DNA from: Antedon mediterranea
Taxonomy: Eukaryota > Animalia > Echinodermata
Assembly: GCF_964355755.1 (NCBI RefSeq)
Contig: NC_092679.1
Coordinates: forward strand, 18,521,432-18,585,431
DNA length: 64,000 nucleotides
Direction of reading: 5' to 3'
The first letter of the stretch is position 1; each line of letters starts with the position of its first letter. The translations under genes were made by a program, and so were the position numbers. Below are positions 60,134-64,000 of this stretch, piece by piece. The notes below the pieces were generated by a model. That model did not search any database, was not told the DNA's origin, and saw nothing but the letters and a program-made list of their open reading frames with translations.

Positions 60134-63100
60134 ATGTCTTGGCTTCTGGGTAAAGCTGAGAATCTATTGAATAACCTAGACCAAAGTGCATCCCAAGCAC
60201 TCAACACCTCAGACGTGAAAGACTTTACACCTATCCAACAACCTATTGATGAACACAATCCATTCAAACCAAGAACATTTCCAACCTCAGCGAGCTCTGT
60301 GACCTTATCCGCCACTCAGTTAGCCAACACCGCTAACATCCGCCGTACTCCTAGCGAAAGTGCTATTGGAAACCAAAGCTCCAATGCAAAATATAAAAGT
60401 TCTCCTTTAAGATCTAAAAAGGAAGATGATGAAAAACTTTTTGAGTTCCTAAACAGTTCAGACACAGATAAAAAAAAAGTTGATAAAAAACCGCAGAATG
60501 GTAAACATTCTCGACAATCTAGTACATCATCAAATGTTTCATCAAAAAGTGGGAAAACCGAGGGGAGTTCAAGTACTGGTACTGGTATTGTAATAACAGC
60601 TACAGATCAAACAGGTAAAAACCAGAAAAAAAAAGTGACATTTGCCAGGACTTGAACCCATAACCCTGATATCATTAGTCTGGCATCTTTACCACCAGGC
60701 TACAACTTCACTTATGATTAATAGGGAAGATCTACCTTTTGAGAGTGGACAATATTTACTGTGGTACAGTAGACATTTTTTAATCAGTCGGCCAATCTCT
60801 GTCTACACTATCAAACTAGTTTGACAAAAAATTGTGACATTTTGTTGTCACATAAAGTTTGATAGTGTACAGTAGACAGAGCTTTAGTCACACCCTTTAT
60901 TTAGAGTAGCTGACTGCCAAAGGCAGTTTCAACATGAGCCACAATTTACCTAACATGAAATGTAACAGTATAATCGTTATTTTTACAACAGCCAATGATG
61001 ATGTACCAGAAATCCAAGAACCAGCACCAGTAGGCACACCCCATTCGGAAGCTGACGCCAGTATCGACATTCCTGATGTCATTCTTGAGAATCGATACCA
61101 AACCGGACAATTAGATGAGACGTCGCAACGTGTCTCCACATTGGAATACGAGAATAAGTTATTAAAGAATGAGGTTACCTCGCTTAATCAGGAGATGTCA
61201 ACGGCATTGCAGAGGTCAAAGAAGGCTGAAGGAGGTAAGAACAGCTTCATCCTCCTTCTCACCATTGTTATCATCAGCATCTCTCACCATCAACATCACT
61301 GCTGTCATGTTTTTATCATCCAATGCAGTAAAGGCATTATCACATTCAATAATATAGAGTAGCATTTTTTATGAATATATATTCTTATATGTGTTAATTG
61401 TAGTACTATTATTATTATTTTAAAGAACTTGTAAAAGTCAAAGATGAACTAAGAAAGAAGAGATCTCAGATGTCCGAGTCTGATGCCATCATGAGGCAAC
61501 TCCAACAGCGAGAAGACGACCTGATGGAGGAACTCAATGCAAAGAATTCGCAGCTGGGTGTTCTGCGCGTCCGCTTCCAAGAGGCTGACGAAGAACTTAA
61601 GGGGAAAAAGAAACAAGTTGATTCACTTTTGAGCGACAAAGAAAGAATTTTGAAAGATCATTCAAACTCTAGTGGTGTACATGGACAAGCATTGGACTCG
61701 GTCAATGATAAGCTTAGAGATGCTGAAATTGCACTAAAACGAGAACATGAATCCTATCGGATGGCTCAGGTAAATATACAGTAATCTAAAGCTCTGTCTA
61801 AACTTTATGACAAAAAAATGTGAAGTGCCCATATTGACATGATGATATCATATTTAAGCTTATCAAAACTATATTTGGTATCACGTCACACTTTTTTTGT
61901 CAAACTAATTTGATAGTGTAGACAGGGCTTTAAACTGTGGTCAAGCTTATGTATGGAAACCAAGTATGCCAATTACCATACAATCCATTCAACCGTAATA
62001 TAGAAAGTACCAATAATAATAATAATTGACAGGCTTTCCACAACAATCTTAGGCTATCCCAATGAGGCTGCTTCTTGAGGAGTTACTGTTTATTTAAAAG
62101 TAATGACATATTTAGGGAAATATTATTGTTTTAATTGATTATTAATACTTCTATGTTTCTTGTTTTATGCAGAATGAATTTATTCAGAGACAGGGTAAGC
62201 TGGAGGATGAGCAGAAGTCATTAGCTGAATCTTACGCATTAGCCCAAAAAAAATATATTGACGAAAAAGGTACAATACTGCCATAGAACCCCTTCTTTGG
62301 GACGGACACCCCTATTCAGACCCCCCCCCCCCCCCCCCGTACAACGAACGAGGGGAAATACCGCTACGACACCCCTATCCCATGAAAAGAATGTGGGGAA
62401 ATATATGCATTACCACTACAACCAACCTTTAATCAATGGAAGCCCTAATATAGGTAGCGCATTGTTAAGTCCCATGGATGTTCCCATAAGGCTTCTACTG
62501 TATCTCTCTTTGAATAAAAAAGATACTTTAATATAAAGTATATAGATATCATAATCAGGATTTCAACTATTTTATTGTAGCTCGGGCAAATGAATTGTTA
62601 TCACAAACAAGAACATTGAAGAGCAACATGGACAGCGCAAAGCAAGAATTAGCAGACTACAAGCTAAAAGCTACAAGAATATTACAGGTATGAAGAACAG
62701 TTGCCAATATATTACTGTTTTTATGCCCAATCTCCTGAATAAATGAATTACCTATTTATATCTGAAGGCAAGGCCTGAACTCCAAAAACGTCAATTTTGG
62801 AAATTGATAATGTGATTTTTTTCTTGCGTTGTAGTCAAAAGACAAATTGATAAACAGCTTGAAGGAAGGAGCAGTAGCTATAGAGGGCCAATCTAGCAGT
62901 TCAGTGGAACTGGAAGAAATATCAAACGAAAGAGATTTGCTACGAGAAGAACTTCATCAGTCCAATACTAAACTTGAAACTCTTAGAATTGAAATTCAGG
63001 TGAGTCTGTCATGTAAATCTTTTGAAAAACACATTTTGATTAGACTTTTTACTTATTGTCAGCTACAACTATAAAGCTCTGCCTACACTACTGTATCAAA

Positions 63101-63667
63101 TCAAAATAAACATTATTATTTCCTTCAATTGCAGAAAAGATAGAAATATAATCTATAAAAACGTAATAATGTTTAAAAAAAAGAACAAATGACAAGAAAA
63201 ATTAACAAACTAATCATTACTTTCATCCAAAAATCATTAAACATGTTTGACAAAAAAAGTGTGATGTGCACAAACATGGTAGTGATATGCCCAAATACGG
63301 TAGTGATATGACATCATCATATCCATATATCGGCACATTACATTTTTTTTTGCCACATCAATTTGATAGTGTAAACAGAGTTAAACAGACTACATTGTTA
63401 TTTGTGGAAGCTATGAAAAATCTGTCATATATTTTGAAGGATTTGGAAATGATGCAGCAGGCAGATTCAGAGACGGCACAAGACCAAATCCAAGATCTGC
63501 AGGATCAACTGGAGAAAGCAAGGCAGAATACAAGAGAGTGCGAGGCAGATCTGGAGAAAAAGAACGAGGAATTAAGATACATCCAAGACGATAGTCACAA
63601 ACAGAAACTGAATCTACAAGCAAAATTACAGGAAAAAGATGAAGAAATTGTAACGTTAAGAAACCAG
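60134..63667 (+). CDS. GOLGA5: Golgin subfamily A member 5 (golgin-84), 5' part; continues off the right edge
   Basis: The N-terminus MSWLLGKAENLLNNLDQSA is typical of golgin-84. Exons: 60134-60614, 60992-61234, 61426-61769, 62173-62269, 62581-62687, 62835-62999, 63440-63667, in phase. Coiled-coil motifs: ENKLLKNEVTSLNQEM, KNSQLGVLRVR, KQELADYKLKATRILQSKDKLINSLK. Confidence 0.93.
60644..60702 (-). mobile_element. tRNA-derived SINE head fragment
   Basis: Minus strand gtagcctggtggtaaagatgccagactaatgatatcagggttatgggttcaagtcctggc has A and B boxes but no intact cloverleaf. Confidence 0.55.
60797..60884. mobile_element. MITE family A copy, short
   Basis: ctctgtctacactatcaaac ... gtttgatagtgtac..gtagacagagct. 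Confidence 0.7.
61790..61929. mobile_element. MITE family A copy
   Basis: agctctgtctaaactttatgac ... tttgatagtgtagacagggct. Confidence 0.75.
63075..63382. mobile_element. MITE family A copy interrupted by an A-rich insertion of about 150 bp
   Basis: agctctgcctacacta at 63075; the family core resumes at about 63246 and ends tttgatagtgtaaacagagt. Confidence 0.6.
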
Positions 63668-64000
63668 GTATATTGAAGATGTTCATTGTATCCAGGGGTC
63701 AGATTTATCAAACATGCTTAGAAAAAAATCATCCTTTTTTACTTAAGTCAAAATAACCTAAGTAAAAACGGGACTATTTAAAAAAAATCTTAGATGACAA
63801 AGTTCATGGCCATTCTGCAAAGATAAACAAACTAGTTCGAAATAAAGCTTTAGTTTTCACTTAAGCACTTCTTACTTATTTTGACTTAAGTAAAAAAGAT
63901 ATGCACACTAGTACCATTAGACCACTAGGGCTTCCTTGATATATGAAATAATATTGACCTATTACTACTATATCATGTATTTTTAACAGTTGGTGGCAAA

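Noticed and set aside
60644-60702. tRNA gene (also B-box motifs at about 15478 and 32301)
   Set aside because: The acceptor and anticodon stems do not pair, so it is treated as a SINE head.

Overview
This is AT-rich, intron-rich animal genomic DNA, probably from a marine invertebrate deuterostome such as an echinoderm (inference from the Deu-domain SINEs and gene content). I built five spliced genes exon by exon. TMEM62 (minus, runs off the left edge) is head-to-head with RSPH4A/6A (plus). They are followed by EIF4A3 (minus), TRIM9/67 (minus, about 36.6 kb of coding span) and GOLGA5 (plus, runs off the right edge), which is head-to-head with TRIM9. Four features stand out. (1) A young 3.35 kb DIRS1-type tyrosine-recombinase element in TRIM9 intron 1 has identical 170 bp inverted repeats and a perfect circle-junction ICR. 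Its gag, RNaseH-tail/methyltransferase and recombinase frames are open, but it has no reverse transcriptase. (2) A candidate box C/D snoRNA in EIF4A3 intron 2 carries a guide matching the 28S GTPase centre. (3) A candidate 24-nt neural-type microexon lies in TRIM9. (4) A 5S rRNA-derived SINE family is present, one copy with a poly(A) tail and target-site duplication. There are also Deu-domain tRNA SINEs, L2-like tails, many Harbinger-, Kolobok- and pogo-like MITEs, and several minisatellites. All calls were made by eye without database searches.
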